A stretch of 64,000 nucleotides of DNA from Thermoproteota archaeon. GTDB taxonomy: Archaea > Korarchaeota > Korarchaeia > Korarchaeales > Korarchaeaceae. Under the pieces are notes generated by a model. The model saw only the letters and a list, made by a program, of their open reading frames with translations. It did not search any database and was not told where the DNA came from. Made by a program: the position numbers and the translations under genes. The stretch lies in contig JAOZGC010000002.1 in the NCBI GenBank assembly GCA_027491915.1, forward strand, positions 384,001 to 448,000, read 5' to 3'. Shown piece by piece: positions 1 to 8,804 of this stretch. The number at the start of each line of letters is the position of its first letter. Positions within the stretch are counted from its first letter, which is position 1.

Positions 1-46
1 GGGGGGAGATAGGCGGGGAGCCCGCCCGGCCCTGGGGCGCCGGGAC

Positions 47-1852
47 CTAGCGGCCCAGCCAGCCGGCCTCCACCAGGTCCTCCGCCACGTCCCCCCAGCG
101 CCCCTCGGGGAGGTCGACCTCCGCCCGGGCGGAGGTCGGGGCCGGCGGCCCGCCCGCCTCCTCGGCCGAGACCGCCAGCGCCAGGTGGAGGGCGGCCCGA
201 CCGAGCCTGCGGTCCTCCACGTAGCGCAGCCCCCTGTTCATCGGCATCCTCCGCACCATCTCGGGCGCCAGCGGCGGGCAAGGTATCAGCCTGCGGTACC
301 CCGACCCGCGGCCCCAGGTCCCGGCGGGTCCACCCAGGAGGGCCTCCACCCCCCGGGCCATCTCCCCCAGCCGGGAGGGGTCCGTCCCCGGCAGCCTGGA
401 CAGGGACTCCACGGCCGCCGCGTACGCCCCCGGGATGAGGGACCTCCTCTCCTCCGAGTCCGCCCCCAGCAGGTCCCTGACGCCGGCCGCTGCCAGCAGC
501 ATGGCAGATTCCCTGGAGACGGCCTCCGGATCACCGGCCGACAGGGCCGAGGCCACCCCGGCCGCGGCGGCCGCCACGGCCCCGAGGGAGGGGGGGTCCA
601 GGTTCTGGGGGAGGTCCCCGTCCGTGTGGTAGAACCTGTCCGGCCACTCCCCCACCATGGCCTGGGGCACCCCCACCTCCGGGTCCGCGAAGACCACGTG
701 ATCGCTACCGCCGGAGAAGGTCAGCAGGTTGACGGCCTCGCGCGCCATCCTCGAGCCCTCGAACCCCTCCACCGACGGGAGGGCGTCCTCCAGGGCCCTG
801 GCCACCATCGGCGGCAGGTATCCCGGGGAGTAGAGGGGGAACCCGGTGACGTGGAGGGCGCCGCCGGTCCTGGACAGGTCCGACCCCACCATGTCTAGGT
901 TCAGCGCCCCCGCCAGCCTGCCCGGCAGGGAGGGGTCCAGGTCCAGCGCCGCCAGCGTCCCGGTGAACTCGGGCACCCACCAGACCTTGACCCCCACCCT
1001 CATGTCGGCCGACTCGGAGATCTCCCCCAGGATCCTGGCTGCCTCCAGCGCGGCCGCCGACCCCGAGGCGTTGTCGTGGGCGCCCGGATTTGGGTGGCAC
1101 GCGTGGGCCACCATCAGGAACCAAACGTCCTCCCTGCCCGGTATCTCGGCCTCCAGGATCCCCGCCTCCCCGATCCCCAGCTCGGCCTCCACCTCCACCC
1201 GTACTACCACCCTCCTCCCCCTGGAGAGCCAGGACCTGAGGCGGGCCGCCCACTCCCCCGACACGGTCACGGCCGGCGGCGGCCGCTCCCCGGCGGCCGG
1301 CCAGAGCCCCTCGTAGGGGAACCAGCTCTGGTCCCCCCAGGTCCTGTACTTCACCAGAGCCGAGACCCCGGCCTCCGCGGCCACCCTGCCAGCCCACCAG
1401 GTCCTCCCGGAGATTAGGGCGGCCTTCCCCGAGGCTCCCCCGTAGTCGCCTGGCCTGACCCCCTCCCCCGCGTCCACCAGCTCGGCCTCCAGGGGTCCCC
1501 CGGTGGGGGGAGAGTGGGCCACCACCAGGGTGGGTCTCTCCCGGAAGTCCCCGACCTCCCTCCTCTCGGGCTCCAGCACCTCCAGCCTTCCCCCCCAAAC
1601 CCTCCACCCCATCGGGGCCCTGTATCCCCCCCTGATCAAGGTGGACCCGTCGGCCGGGATGCGGAGGATCCTGGCGGACAGGCCCTCGTCCTCCAGCTCC
1701 CCCCGGAGGAACTCCAGGGCATCCATCAGGCCCGGAGATCCCTGTATCCTGTGGAACTCGGAGAGGCGCCAGGCGATCCCCGCGGCCCTCCTCCCGGAGG
1801 CCAGCTTCAGGGCCCTCCCGACGAACCCGTCCAGCTCTCCCAGGGCGACCAC
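47..1852 (-). CDS. M28-family aminopeptidase-like protein with PA domain (DUF4910-like)
   Basis: Zn-peptidase motifs AHACH...GAHDNASG, PEFTG, LNLDMVG, GSDH and FYHTDGD; PA-like insert. Confidence 0.75.
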   Translation of the reverse strand: MVALGELDGFVGRALKLASGRRAAGIAWRLSEFHRIQGSPGLMDALEFLRGELEDEGLSARILRIPADGSTLIRGGYRAPMGWRVWGGRLEVLEPERREVGDFRERPTLVVAHSPPTGGPLEAELVDAGEGVRPGDYGGASGKAALISGRTWWAGRVAAEAGVSALVKYRTWGDQSWFPYEGLWPAAGERPPPAVTVSGEWAARLRSWLSRGRRVVVRVEVEAELGIGEAGILEAEIPGREDVWFLMVAHACHPNPGAHDNASGSAAALEAARILGEISESADMRVGVKVWWVPEFTGTLAALDLDPSLPGRLAGALNLDMVGSDLSRTGGALHVTGFPLYSPGYLPPMVARALEDALPSVEGFEGSRMAREAVNLLTFSGGSDHVVFADPEVGVPQAMVGEWPDRFYHTDGDLPQNLDPPSLGAVAAAAAGVASALSAGDPEAVSRESAMLLAAAGVRDLLGADSEERRSLIPGAYAAAVESLSRLPGTDPSRLGEMARGVEALLGGPAGTWGRGSGYRRLIPCPPLAPEMVRRMPMNRGLRYVEDRRLGRAALHLALAVSAEEAGGPPAPTSARAEVDLPEGRWGDVAEDLVEAGWLGR

Positions 1853-1876
1853 CCGAACCGGATCCCCGCGCCGGGC

Positions 1877-2665
1877 TCAGACCTTAAAATATCGGCCCGG
1901 GAGGGGGCCGACCTCGAACTCGCGGAAGCCCAGCTCCCTCAGGGGCCGCATCGGCCCCCACCGCCCGACGTCCCCCGGGACGACGCCCATCTCCCCCGGC
2001 GGGACCTCCACCCTGATACTCGTCTCCGACAGGACCCTCACCCTCACCGCCGACGCGCCCCCGCCCAGGATGGCCTCCTCGGCGAGGTCCAGTCCCCTGA
2101 GCAGCCTGGGGGTCGCCCCGAATCCCGGGGGGAGCCTGGTCAGCAGGCAGCTCTCCGGCGGGGGGACCGCCAGGCCGGCGGCGCGCGACGCCCTCCTGAC
2201 CTCCTCCCCCGAGAGACCCGCCTCGGCCAGGGGGCTCGCCACCCCGAGCTCCCCCAGGGCCGCGATCCCGGGCCTGTCCTCCCGGAGGTCAGAGAGGTTG
2301 GTCCCGTCCGCCACCTCGGCCCCGGTCCAGGATGCCAGCCTCCTCAGGGCCCTCATCATCCTGAGCTTGCATCGGTAGCACCTGTCCCTCAGGTTCCACC
2401 GGATGGACGGGACCGAGAGGGCGCCCGGGTCCCTCAGGATCAGGTGCCTGACGCCCAGCCTCCTGGCCACCGAGGAGGCCCTCCTGACCTCCCTCTCCGG
2501 GGTGTAGGGCGCCGCCACGGTGACGGCCAGCAGCCCCTCCCCCAGGACCCTGGAGGCGACGGCCGCCAGCAGGGAGCTGTCCGCCCCTCCGGACAGGGCG
2601 AGCACGACCCTCCCCATCGCCGAGAGGCGCCCCTCCAGGGCGGCCAGCCTGGCGCCTACTCCCAC
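1877..2665 (-). CDS. larE: LarE, ATP-dependent sulfur transferase for nickel-pincer nucleotide cofactor synthesis
   Basis: PP-loop SGGADS, RCYRCK, DGTNLSD..DRPG, SPLAEAGL, SCLLTR; divergent from larB/larC. Confidence 0.9.
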   Translation of the reverse strand: MGVGARLAALEGRLSAMGRVVLALSGGADSSLLAAVASRVLGEGLLAVTVAAPYTPEREVRRASSVARRLGVRHLILRDPGALSVPSIRWNLRDRCYRCKLRMMRALRRLASWTGAEVADGTNLSDLREDRPGIAALGELGVASPLAEAGLSGEEVRRASRAAGLAVPPPESCLLTRLPPGFGATPRLLRGLDLAEEAILGGGASAVRVRVLSETSIRVEVPPGEMGVVPGDVGRWGPMRPLRELGFREFEVGPLPGRYFKV

Positions 2666-2729
2666 CGCCGTCGCCGATCCCCGGGCGGCGCCGGCCCACC
2701 GTTAAAAATCACCCCCGCGCGGCCGCCGT

Positions 2730-3518
2730 ATGGCCTCGGGTCTGAGGTCCGTGCTCGAGAGGCTGGCCAGGGGGGAGCTGACCCCGAGAGACGCCGAGAG
2801 GGCCGTCAGGGCGTGGGCCGTGGAGTCCCTGGGGGAGAAAATCAAGTTGGACCTCGGGAGGGAGATCAGGAGGGGCCTGCCAGAGGTCGTGATGGCCGAG
2901 GGGAAGGACCCCGGCGACCTCCTCCGGGCGGTCGAGGCGGCCGTCGAGAGGTCCGGGATGGTCCTGGTGTCCAGGGTGGGGCCGGAGCACAGGGAGATCC
3001 TGGAGGGGCTCGGGTCCAGGTGGGAGGTGGCCTCGGCCGGCGGGGTCTTCGTGGTCAAGAGGGCCGGCTTCCGGCGGGAGGCCCTCGGGGGGAGGGTGGG
3101 GATCCTGGCCGCCGGCACGGCGGACGTTCCCCTGGCGGAGGAGGTCCGGCTCATACTGGAGGAGGTGGGGTGCGAGACCGTGACCTCCTACGACGTCGGC
3201 GTGGCCTGCCCCTGGCGGACCCTGGAGGCGGTCAAACTCCTCTTGGACGCCGACGTCGACGTGATAGTCGCGGTCGCCGGCATGGAGGGGATGCTCCCAT
3301 CCTTCGTGGCCTCCCTGGTGGACGTCCTGGTGATAGGGCTCCCCAGCCCGGTCGGCTACGGGGTCGGCGGTCGGGGCGAGGCGGCCCTGCTCTCCATGCT
3401 CCAGACCTGCAACCCCGGGCTGGTGGTGGTCAACGTGGGCAACAGCGTGGGGGCGGCTTACGCCGCCGCCGCGGTGGCGGCCAGGGCCGCCGGGGGGCGG
3501 GGGAGGGGGGGAGGTTGA
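2730..3518 (+). CDS. larB: LarB, NaAD carboxylase/hydrolase (AIR-carboxylase-like)
   Basis: GLPEVVMAEGK, AAGTADVPLAEE, YDVGVA, VAGMEG, PSPVGYG, VVNVGN. Confidence 0.92.
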   Translation: MASGLRSVLERLARGELTPRDAERAVRAWAVESLGEKIKLDLGREIRRGLPEVVMAEGKDPGDLLRAVEAAVERSGMVLVSRVGPEHREILEGLGSRWEVASAGGVFVVKRAGFRREALGGRVGILAAGTADVPLAEEVRLILEEVGCETVTSYDVGVACPWRTLEAVKLLLDADVDVIVAVAGMEGMLPSFVASLVDVLVIGLPSPVGYGVGGRGEAALLSMLQTCNPGLVVVNVGNSVGAAYAAAAVAARAAGGRGRGGG

Positions 3519-4777
3519 GCGCGGGCAGGGTGGCCTTCATAGACCCGAGGGCCGCCGGGATATCCGGCGACATGTTCCTCGGGGCCCTGCTTGACCTGTC
3601 CGGGGAGGAGGGCATCCTGGAGAGGGTGGCCGAAGCGGTGGCCGGCGCGTCCGACAGGTTCAGGCGGGTCGGGGTGTCGACCGCCAGGGTGGTCAGGTCA
3701 GGGCTGTCGGCCACGAGGGTCGAGGTGGACTGCGACTGGGACGCCCGACCAGTCCCCCCCGAGGAGATCCTGGGGGAGGCCGCCAGGGCCGCCCGGGGGG
3801 TCGGCCTATCGGAGGGGGCGCGGTCCCTGGCGGTCAGGGTCGTGGAGATCCTGGCCTCAGCCGAGTCGGCCGTCCACGGTCCCGGGGCTCACCTGCACGA
3901 GCTCGCCTCCGCCGACACCCTGGTGGACGCCGTCGGGGCCGCGGCCCTGATGGAGTCCCTGGGGATCCTCCCGGGGGAGGCAGAGATCGTGTCGGCCCCC
4001 CCTGCCCTGGGCTCCGGGTTCGCGGAGACGGACCACGGCAGGGTGCCGGTCCCCGCGCCGGCGACCCTGGAGATAGCCTCCCGGGCCGGCATGCCCGTGA
4101 CCGGATCGCCGGCCGCCGGGGAGCTGACCACCCCGACCGGCGCCGCCATCCTGGCCGCCGCGTCGGCCAGGTTCTCCTGGTCCCTGCCGGACATGGTGGT
4201 GGGAGGCGCGGGCCGGGGCGCCGGCGCCCGAGAAATCCCCGGGATACCCAACGTCCTGACCGTGGTGGTCGGGTCCCCCCACCCCCACCCGGGGGAAGGG
4301 GCCCGGCGGCTGGCCGAGCTGGCGACCCACGTGGACGACGTCCCCGGGGAGATTCTCGGGGCCGCCATCTCCAGGCTCCTCGAGGAGGGGGCCCTGGACG
4401 TGGCCGCCGTACCGACCGTGACCAAGAAGGGGAGGCCGGGTCACCTCATCCTCGTCCTGGTCGACTGGGACAGGAGGCTGGACATGGCGTCCGCCCTGAT
4501 GAGGGAGACGGGTTCCGCAGGGGTGAGGATCAGGGAGGTCGGGAGGGTGGCGGCCGAGAGGTCCACCGGCGAGGTCGCGGTGCCCGTCGGCGGCCGGGAG
4601 TTCCGGGTCAGGCTGAAGGAGCTGAGGGTCCCCGGGGGAGGGGTCAGGCTGAAGCCCGAGTACGAGGACGTGGTCTCACTGTCCAGGGAGGCCGGGATCT
4701 CCCCCAGGGAGGCCTACGACCTGGTCTCGAGGGCCATCGCCGGGGCGCGCGCGGGGGAGGTCGAGGGCGGGGGGTGA
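3515..4777 (+). CDS. larC: LarC, nickel insertion protein (real start is TTG at 3515, not 1514)
   Basis: AGISGDMFLGALLDL, HLHELASADTLVD, HGRVPVPAPAT, ELTTPTGAA, TKKGRPG, KPEYED; TTGA overlap with the larB stop. Confidence 0.92.
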   Translation: MSAGRVAFIDPRAAGISGDMFLGALLDLSGEEGILERVAEAVAGASDRFRRVGVSTARVVRSGLSATRVEVDCDWDARPVPPEEILGEAARAARGVGLSEGARSLAVRVVEILASAESAVHGPGAHLHELASADTLVDAVGAAALMESLGILPGEAEIVSAPPALGSGFAETDHGRVPVPAPATLEIASRAGMPVTGSPAAGELTTPTGAAILAAASARFSWSLPDMVVGGAGRGAGAREIPGIPNVLTVVVGSPHPHPGEGARRLAELATHVDDVPGEILGAAISRLLEEGALDVAAVPTVTKKGRPGHLILVLVDWDRRLDMASALMRETGSAGVRIREVGRVAAERSTGEVAVPVGGREFRVRLKELRVPGGGVRLKPEYEDVVSLSREAGISPREAYDLVSRAIAGARAGEVEGGG

Positions 4778-5976
4778 CGGCGGCGGCCGATCGGGTCGGT
4801 CGGCCCGGGACCAGGGGGAACCTCCGCACTCTCGTGGTCGCCCAGGCCCTGACCGGGGCGTACGTCGGCGCCTACTACGTGATACTCCAGCCGATGCTCC
4901 TGTCCCTCGGGATGACCGTCGGCGAGATAGGGGTCCTGATGTCCCTGGCCGGGATGGGCGGGCTGATATCCTCCCTGGTGCAGCCCATAGGCGGGGTCCT
5001 GTCCGACTTGCTGGGTCGGAAGCCCCTGATCCTGACCCTGCACGCGCTCGGCGTCGCCTCGTGCCTGGGCCTGCTGGCGGCCAGCCTGGCTCGAAGTCCC
5101 GAGGCCGCCGTCGCCGCGGTGCTAGTCTCGGCGGCCTCTTTCGTGGGATCCCCCGCCTGGGACGCGGCGGTCGCCGAGTCGACCGAGCCGGCCAGGTTCG
5201 GCGCCGCCTTCGGCGCGGTCGCCTCCGCCAGCACCCTCGCCGGGTTGATCTCCTCCCCCCTGTCCGGGGCGGCCGCCGACCTCCTCGGCTACCCCCCGGT
5301 CCTGGCGGCCGCCGCCGTCCTCCAGGCGGCCGCCGCGGCGGCCGTGTGGCTGCGCTACCGGGAGGGTCTGCCCCCCGCGAGGAGGGAGAGCCTGCCCCGA
5401 ATCCTCTCCAGGGTGCTCTCCCCACCTGGCAGGCTCAGGGGGATCTTCGCCGTGATGGCCATGGACTCTGCGGCCTGGTGGGTGGTCACCCCAATCCTCA
5501 CCGGGATGCTGGTCGACTCCTACGGCCTGACCAACCTGGAGGTCGGGATCCTGTCCGCGACCTTCTCCGCGAGCTGGGCTGTCTTCCAGATGCCGGCCGG
5601 TTTGCTGGTCGACAGGTTCGGTCCCAGGCCGGTCTTGACGATTTCAGAGGCGTTGGGCGTGCCCCTCGCCCTCACACTATCTTCTAAACTCGGATTCTCC
5701 TCTCTACTGGTCGCGGAGGTCATCTTGGGCGCGGCCGTGGCCACCTGGATACCGAGCTTCAAGTCCTACGTCATCTCGGCGGCGGGGGAGGACGACGTCG
5801 CCGGATCCATGGGGAGGCTAAACGCCCTCCGCGGCGTTGTGGGCTTCCCCTCCCCCGCCCTGGGGGGGGTCCTCTACGAGACCTGGGGGATGACCGGCCC
5901 GCTGACCGCGCTCGCACTGGGGTCGGTCGCCGTCGCCGCGGCCGCGTGGCTCCTGCTCGGCCCGCCGGGAGACTGA
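4774..5976 (+). CDS. MFS transporter
   Basis: About 12 hydrophobic segments; motif A GVLSDLLGRK and GLLVDRFGPR; GTGA overlap with larC. Confidence 0.85.
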   Translation: MTAAADRVGRPGTRGNLRTLVVAQALTGAYVGAYYVILQPMLLSLGMTVGEIGVLMSLAGMGGLISSLVQPIGGVLSDLLGRKPLILTLHALGVASCLGLLAASLARSPEAAVAAVLVSAASFVGSPAWDAAVAESTEPARFGAAFGAVASASTLAGLISSPLSGAAADLLGYPPVLAAAAVLQAAAAAAVWLRYREGLPPARRESLPRILSRVLSPPGRLRGIFAVMAMDSAAWWVVTPILTGMLVDSYGLTNLEVGILSATFSASWAVFQMPAGLLVDRFGPRPVLTISEALGVPLALTLSSKLGFSSLLVAEVILGAAVATWIPSFKSYVISAAGEDDVAGSMGRLNALRGVVGFPSPALGGVLYETWGMTGPLTALALGSVAVAAAAWLLLGPPGD

Positions 5977-6023
5977 GCACCCGACCGTCTCATTTTTTAC
6001 CCTCCCGAGCCGACGCCCGGTCG

Positions 6024-6494
6024 GTGAGGGCTCTGGTCTCTGAGGGAGACGAGGCGCCGGACTTCGAGCTGCCGGCCCACACGGGGGAGACCGTCAGGCT
6101 CTCGGATCTCAGGGGGAGGCCGGTCGTCCTCTACTTCTATCCGAGGGCGGGGACCCCGGGCTGCACCAGGGAGGCCGAGAGGTTCAACTCCCTCCTGGAG
6201 GAGTTCTCCTCTCTCGGCGTGGAGGTCCTAGGGATCAGCACAGACTCCCCGCGGGCCGCGGCCAGATTCGCAGATAGGCTCGGCCTCCGATTCAGGCTCC
6301 TTTCGGACGTCGACGGGCGGGTCGCCTCGTCCTACGGCGCGCTGAAGGCGGGCACCAAGAGGCCGAGCGCGAGGAGGGTCACCTTCATCCTGGGATCCGA
6401 CGGCAGGATCCTCAAGATCTTGGAGGGAGTGAGGCCGGCCCAGAGGCACGCCGACCTGGCGCTGGAGTTCGTGAGGGAGAAGCTCGGTTCCTGA
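6024..6494 (+). CDS. bcp: Peroxiredoxin, BCP/PrxQ type
   Basis: GDEAPDF, VVLYFYP..TPGCTRE, RVTFI; start placed at GTG 6024. Confidence 0.88.
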   Translation: MRALVSEGDEAPDFELPAHTGETVRLSDLRGRPVVLYFYPRAGTPGCTREAERFNSLLEEFSSLGVEVLGISTDSPRAAARFADRLGLRFRLLSDVDGRVASSYGALKAGTKRPSARRVTFILGSDGRILKILEGVRPAQRHADLALEFVREKLGS

Positions 6495-6500
6495 CCGGAT

Positions 6501-6536
6501 CCGATATTCACGATCGAGTATATCGGGCTTTATTAG
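6501..6536 (+). promoter_or_regulatory. 26-bp palindrome abutting the TATA box of the aor operon
   Basis: CCGATATTCACGATCGAGTATATCGG (22 of 26 positions self-complementary) followed by TTTATTAG at 6529-6536. Confidence 0.65.
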
Positions 6537-6566
6537 CTCTCCAGGCCCCCCGGGAGTAGACCGGAC

Positions 6567-8414
6567 ATGCCGGGAGGCTATATGGGCAAGATCCTGTACG
6601 TCGACCTCTCCTCCGGCTCCATCAAGGAGGAGCCCATAGACGAGGAGGTCGCCCGCAAGTACCTGGGTGGTAAGGGATACGCGGTCTACCTGCTCTATCA
6701 ATACCTGAAGGAGTACGAGGCCAGGGGCCTGGCCCCGCAGGACATAGACCCGCTGGGACCCGAGAATGTCCTGATATTCGCCACCGGACCTGGGACCGGG
6801 ATACCCGGGTTTCCGTCCCCGGGCAGGTACCACGTCATGGCCCTGAGGTCTCCCCTCACCGGCTCCATAGGCAGCGGCAACTCCGGCGGGGAGTTCGGGC
6901 CATTCATGAAGTTCGCCGGCTACGACATGATAGTGATAGAGGGGGCGTCCGACAGGCCGGTCTACCTCTCCATAGTCAACGGGGAGGTCGAGCTCAAGGA
7001 CGCCTCCGACCTGTGGGGCATGACGGTCTTCGACACCACCAGGATACTGAAGAAGAGGGTCGGCGGGAAGAACACCAGCGTGGCCTGCATAGGGCCCGCG
7101 GGCGAGAACCTGGTTATGATGGCGGCCATAATGAACGACGAGCACAGGGCCGTCGGGAGGACGGGCCTCGGCGCGGTAATGGGGTCCAAGATGCTCAAGG
7201 CCATAGTGGTCTCCGGCGACCAGCAGGTCCCGGTGGCCAGGCCGGAAGACTTCAAGAAGGCGGCCGACAAGGCCCGCGAGCTCCTGATGAAGGACCCGGT
7301 GACCTCCGAGGGGCTGCCCAAGTACGGGACCGCCGTCCTCGTTAACATAATCAACCAGGCGGGCATGCTGCCGTTCAAGAACTGGCAGTTCGAATACAAC
7401 CCGGACGCCGACAAGATAAGCGGAGAGACCCTGGAGAAGGAGTACCTGATCAAGAGGAGACCGTGCTGGGGATGCATCATAGGCTGCGGCAGGGTGACCA
7501 AGGTCCAGATGGGCCCCTACCAGGTCCTCTACTCGGAGGGACCCGAGTACGAGTCCGTCTGGGCTCTGGGCAACGACACCGGCGTCATGGAGCTGGACGC
7601 CGTGATAAAGTCCAACCACCTCTGCGACGAGCTGGGCATGGACCCGATAAGCCTGGGCTCGACCATAGCCTGCGCCATGGAGCTCTACGAGAAGGGTTAC
7701 ATACCTGAGGAGGACCTCCAGGGGGTCGACCTCAAGTTCGGCAACCCGGCCGCCCTGGTGGAGCTCACCTGGAGGACCGCCTACAAGTCCGGGTTCGGCA
7801 AGATGATAGCCATGGGCTCCAAGAGGCTGGCCGAGGTCTACGGGGCGCCCGAGCTCTCCATGAGCGTCAAGGGTCTGGAGATGCCGGCCTACGACCCCAG
7901 GGGGGCCAAGGGCATAGGGCTGGAGTACGCCACCTCCAACAGGGGAGGGTGCCACGTCACCGGCTACACCATAGCCCCGGAGATCCTCTCCCACCCCGAG
8001 AAGATAGACCCGCTCACCCCGGAGGGCAAGGCCAAGTGGGTCAAGATATTCCAGGACTTCACCTGCGTGGTCAACTCCACCGTCAACTGTCTGTTCGACA
8101 CGTTTGCCCTGGGGGCCGGAGAGTACGCCGAGCTCCTCTCCGCCGTCACTGGGTGGGACCTCACCGAGGACGATGTGATGAGGATAGGGGAGAGGATCTA
8201 CAACCTCGAGAGGGTCATAATCAACAGGTACGGGTTCGACGGGAAGGACGACACCCTGCCCAGGAGGCTCCTGGAGGAGCCCATGCCCGAGGGTCCCGCC
8301 AAGGGCCAGGTCGTGGAGCTCGACAAGATGCTCAAGGAGTACTACGAGCTCAGGGGATGGGTCGACGGCAAGCCCACGCCGGAGAAGCTCAGGGAGCTCG
8401 AGATCGAGCTCTGA
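6567..8414 (+). CDS. aor: Tungsten aldehyde:ferredoxin oxidoreductase, canonical AOR clade
   Basis: GYMGKILYVDLS, SPLTG, IGPAGENL, GRTGLGAVMGSK, CWGCIIGC, GPEYE, PAYDPRG, SNRGGCH; followed by moaD and a radical SAM maturase. Confidence 0.93.
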   Translation: MPGGYMGKILYVDLSSGSIKEEPIDEEVARKYLGGKGYAVYLLYQYLKEYEARGLAPQDIDPLGPENVLIFATGPGTGIPGFPSPGRYHVMALRSPLTGSIGSGNSGGEFGPFMKFAGYDMIVIEGASDRPVYLSIVNGEVELKDASDLWGMTVFDTTRILKKRVGGKNTSVACIGPAGENLVMMAAIMNDEHRAVGRTGLGAVMGSKMLKAIVVSGDQQVPVARPEDFKKAADKARELLMKDPVTSEGLPKYGTAVLVNIINQAGMLPFKNWQFEYNPDADKISGETLEKEYLIKRRPCWGCIIGCGRVTKVQMGPYQVLYSEGPEYESVWALGNDTGVMELDAVIKSNHLCDELGMDPISLGSTIACAMELYEKGYIPEEDLQGVDLKFGNPAALVELTWRTAYKSGFGKMIAMGSKRLAEVYGAPELSMSVKGLEMPAYDPRGAKGIGLEYATSNRGGCHVTGYTIAPEILSHPEKIDPLTPEGKAKWVKIFQDFTCVVNSTVNCLFDTFALGAGEYAELLSAVTGWDLTEDDVMRIGERIYNLERVIINRYGFDGKDDTLPRRLLEEPMPEGPAKGQVVELDKMLKEYYELRGWVDGKPTPEKLRELEIEL

Positions 8415-8475
8415 GCCTCTCCCCCTCCATTTTTCTTCCGCCCGCCGGGCCGGTCCCGCAGCGGAGGGACCTCCC

Positions 8476-8769
8476 TTGCCCAGGGTGAGGCTGCTGCTCT
8501 TTGCCACCCTGAGGGAGAAGTTCGGCGTCAAGGAGCTGGACCTGGAGCTCGGTCGAGGAGGTGGGCTCAGGGAGCTGTTCGAGGCGGCCGCCGACCGGCT
8601 GGGCGGAGACTTCCTCTCCGAGGTGTTGGACGACTCCGGCCTCCCCAGGGACGACAGGATAATAATGGTGAACGGGAGGAACGTGAAGGACACCCCGGAC
8701 AGGGGGACCTCCATCAGGCTGGCCGACGGGGACGTCGTCGCGGTCTTCCCACCGATAGCCGGCGGCTGA
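8476..8769 (+). CDS. moaD: MoaD/ThiS/SAMP ubiquitin-like sulfur carrier
   Basis: LFATLRE, IMVNGR, DGDVVAVFPPIAGG with C-terminal GG. Confidence 0.9.
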   Translation: MPRVRLLLFATLREKFGVKELDLELGRGGGLRELFEAAADRLGGDFLSEVLDDSGLPRDDRIIMVNGRNVKDTPDRGTSIRLADGDVVAVFPPIAGG

Positions 8770-8804
8770 CAACATTTTTATAGCCACCGCCCGACGCCGC
8801 GACC

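Noticed and set aside
1514-3514. 1087-aa ORF suggesting a large N-terminal extension on LarC
   Set aside because: The upstream part is a Gly/Pro/Arg-rich shadow frame over larE and larB; LarC similarity begins at TTG 3515
3515-4777. Programmed frameshift in larC, as in Lactobacillus
   Set aside because: Both LarC domains are in one continuous frame
6228-8714. Long antisense and alternate-frame ORFs (for example 828 aa here, 28642-30663, 33861-35807, 40172-42937)
   Set aside because: They overlap well-supported genes, have no motifs, and are expected from high GC3 and scarce stop codons
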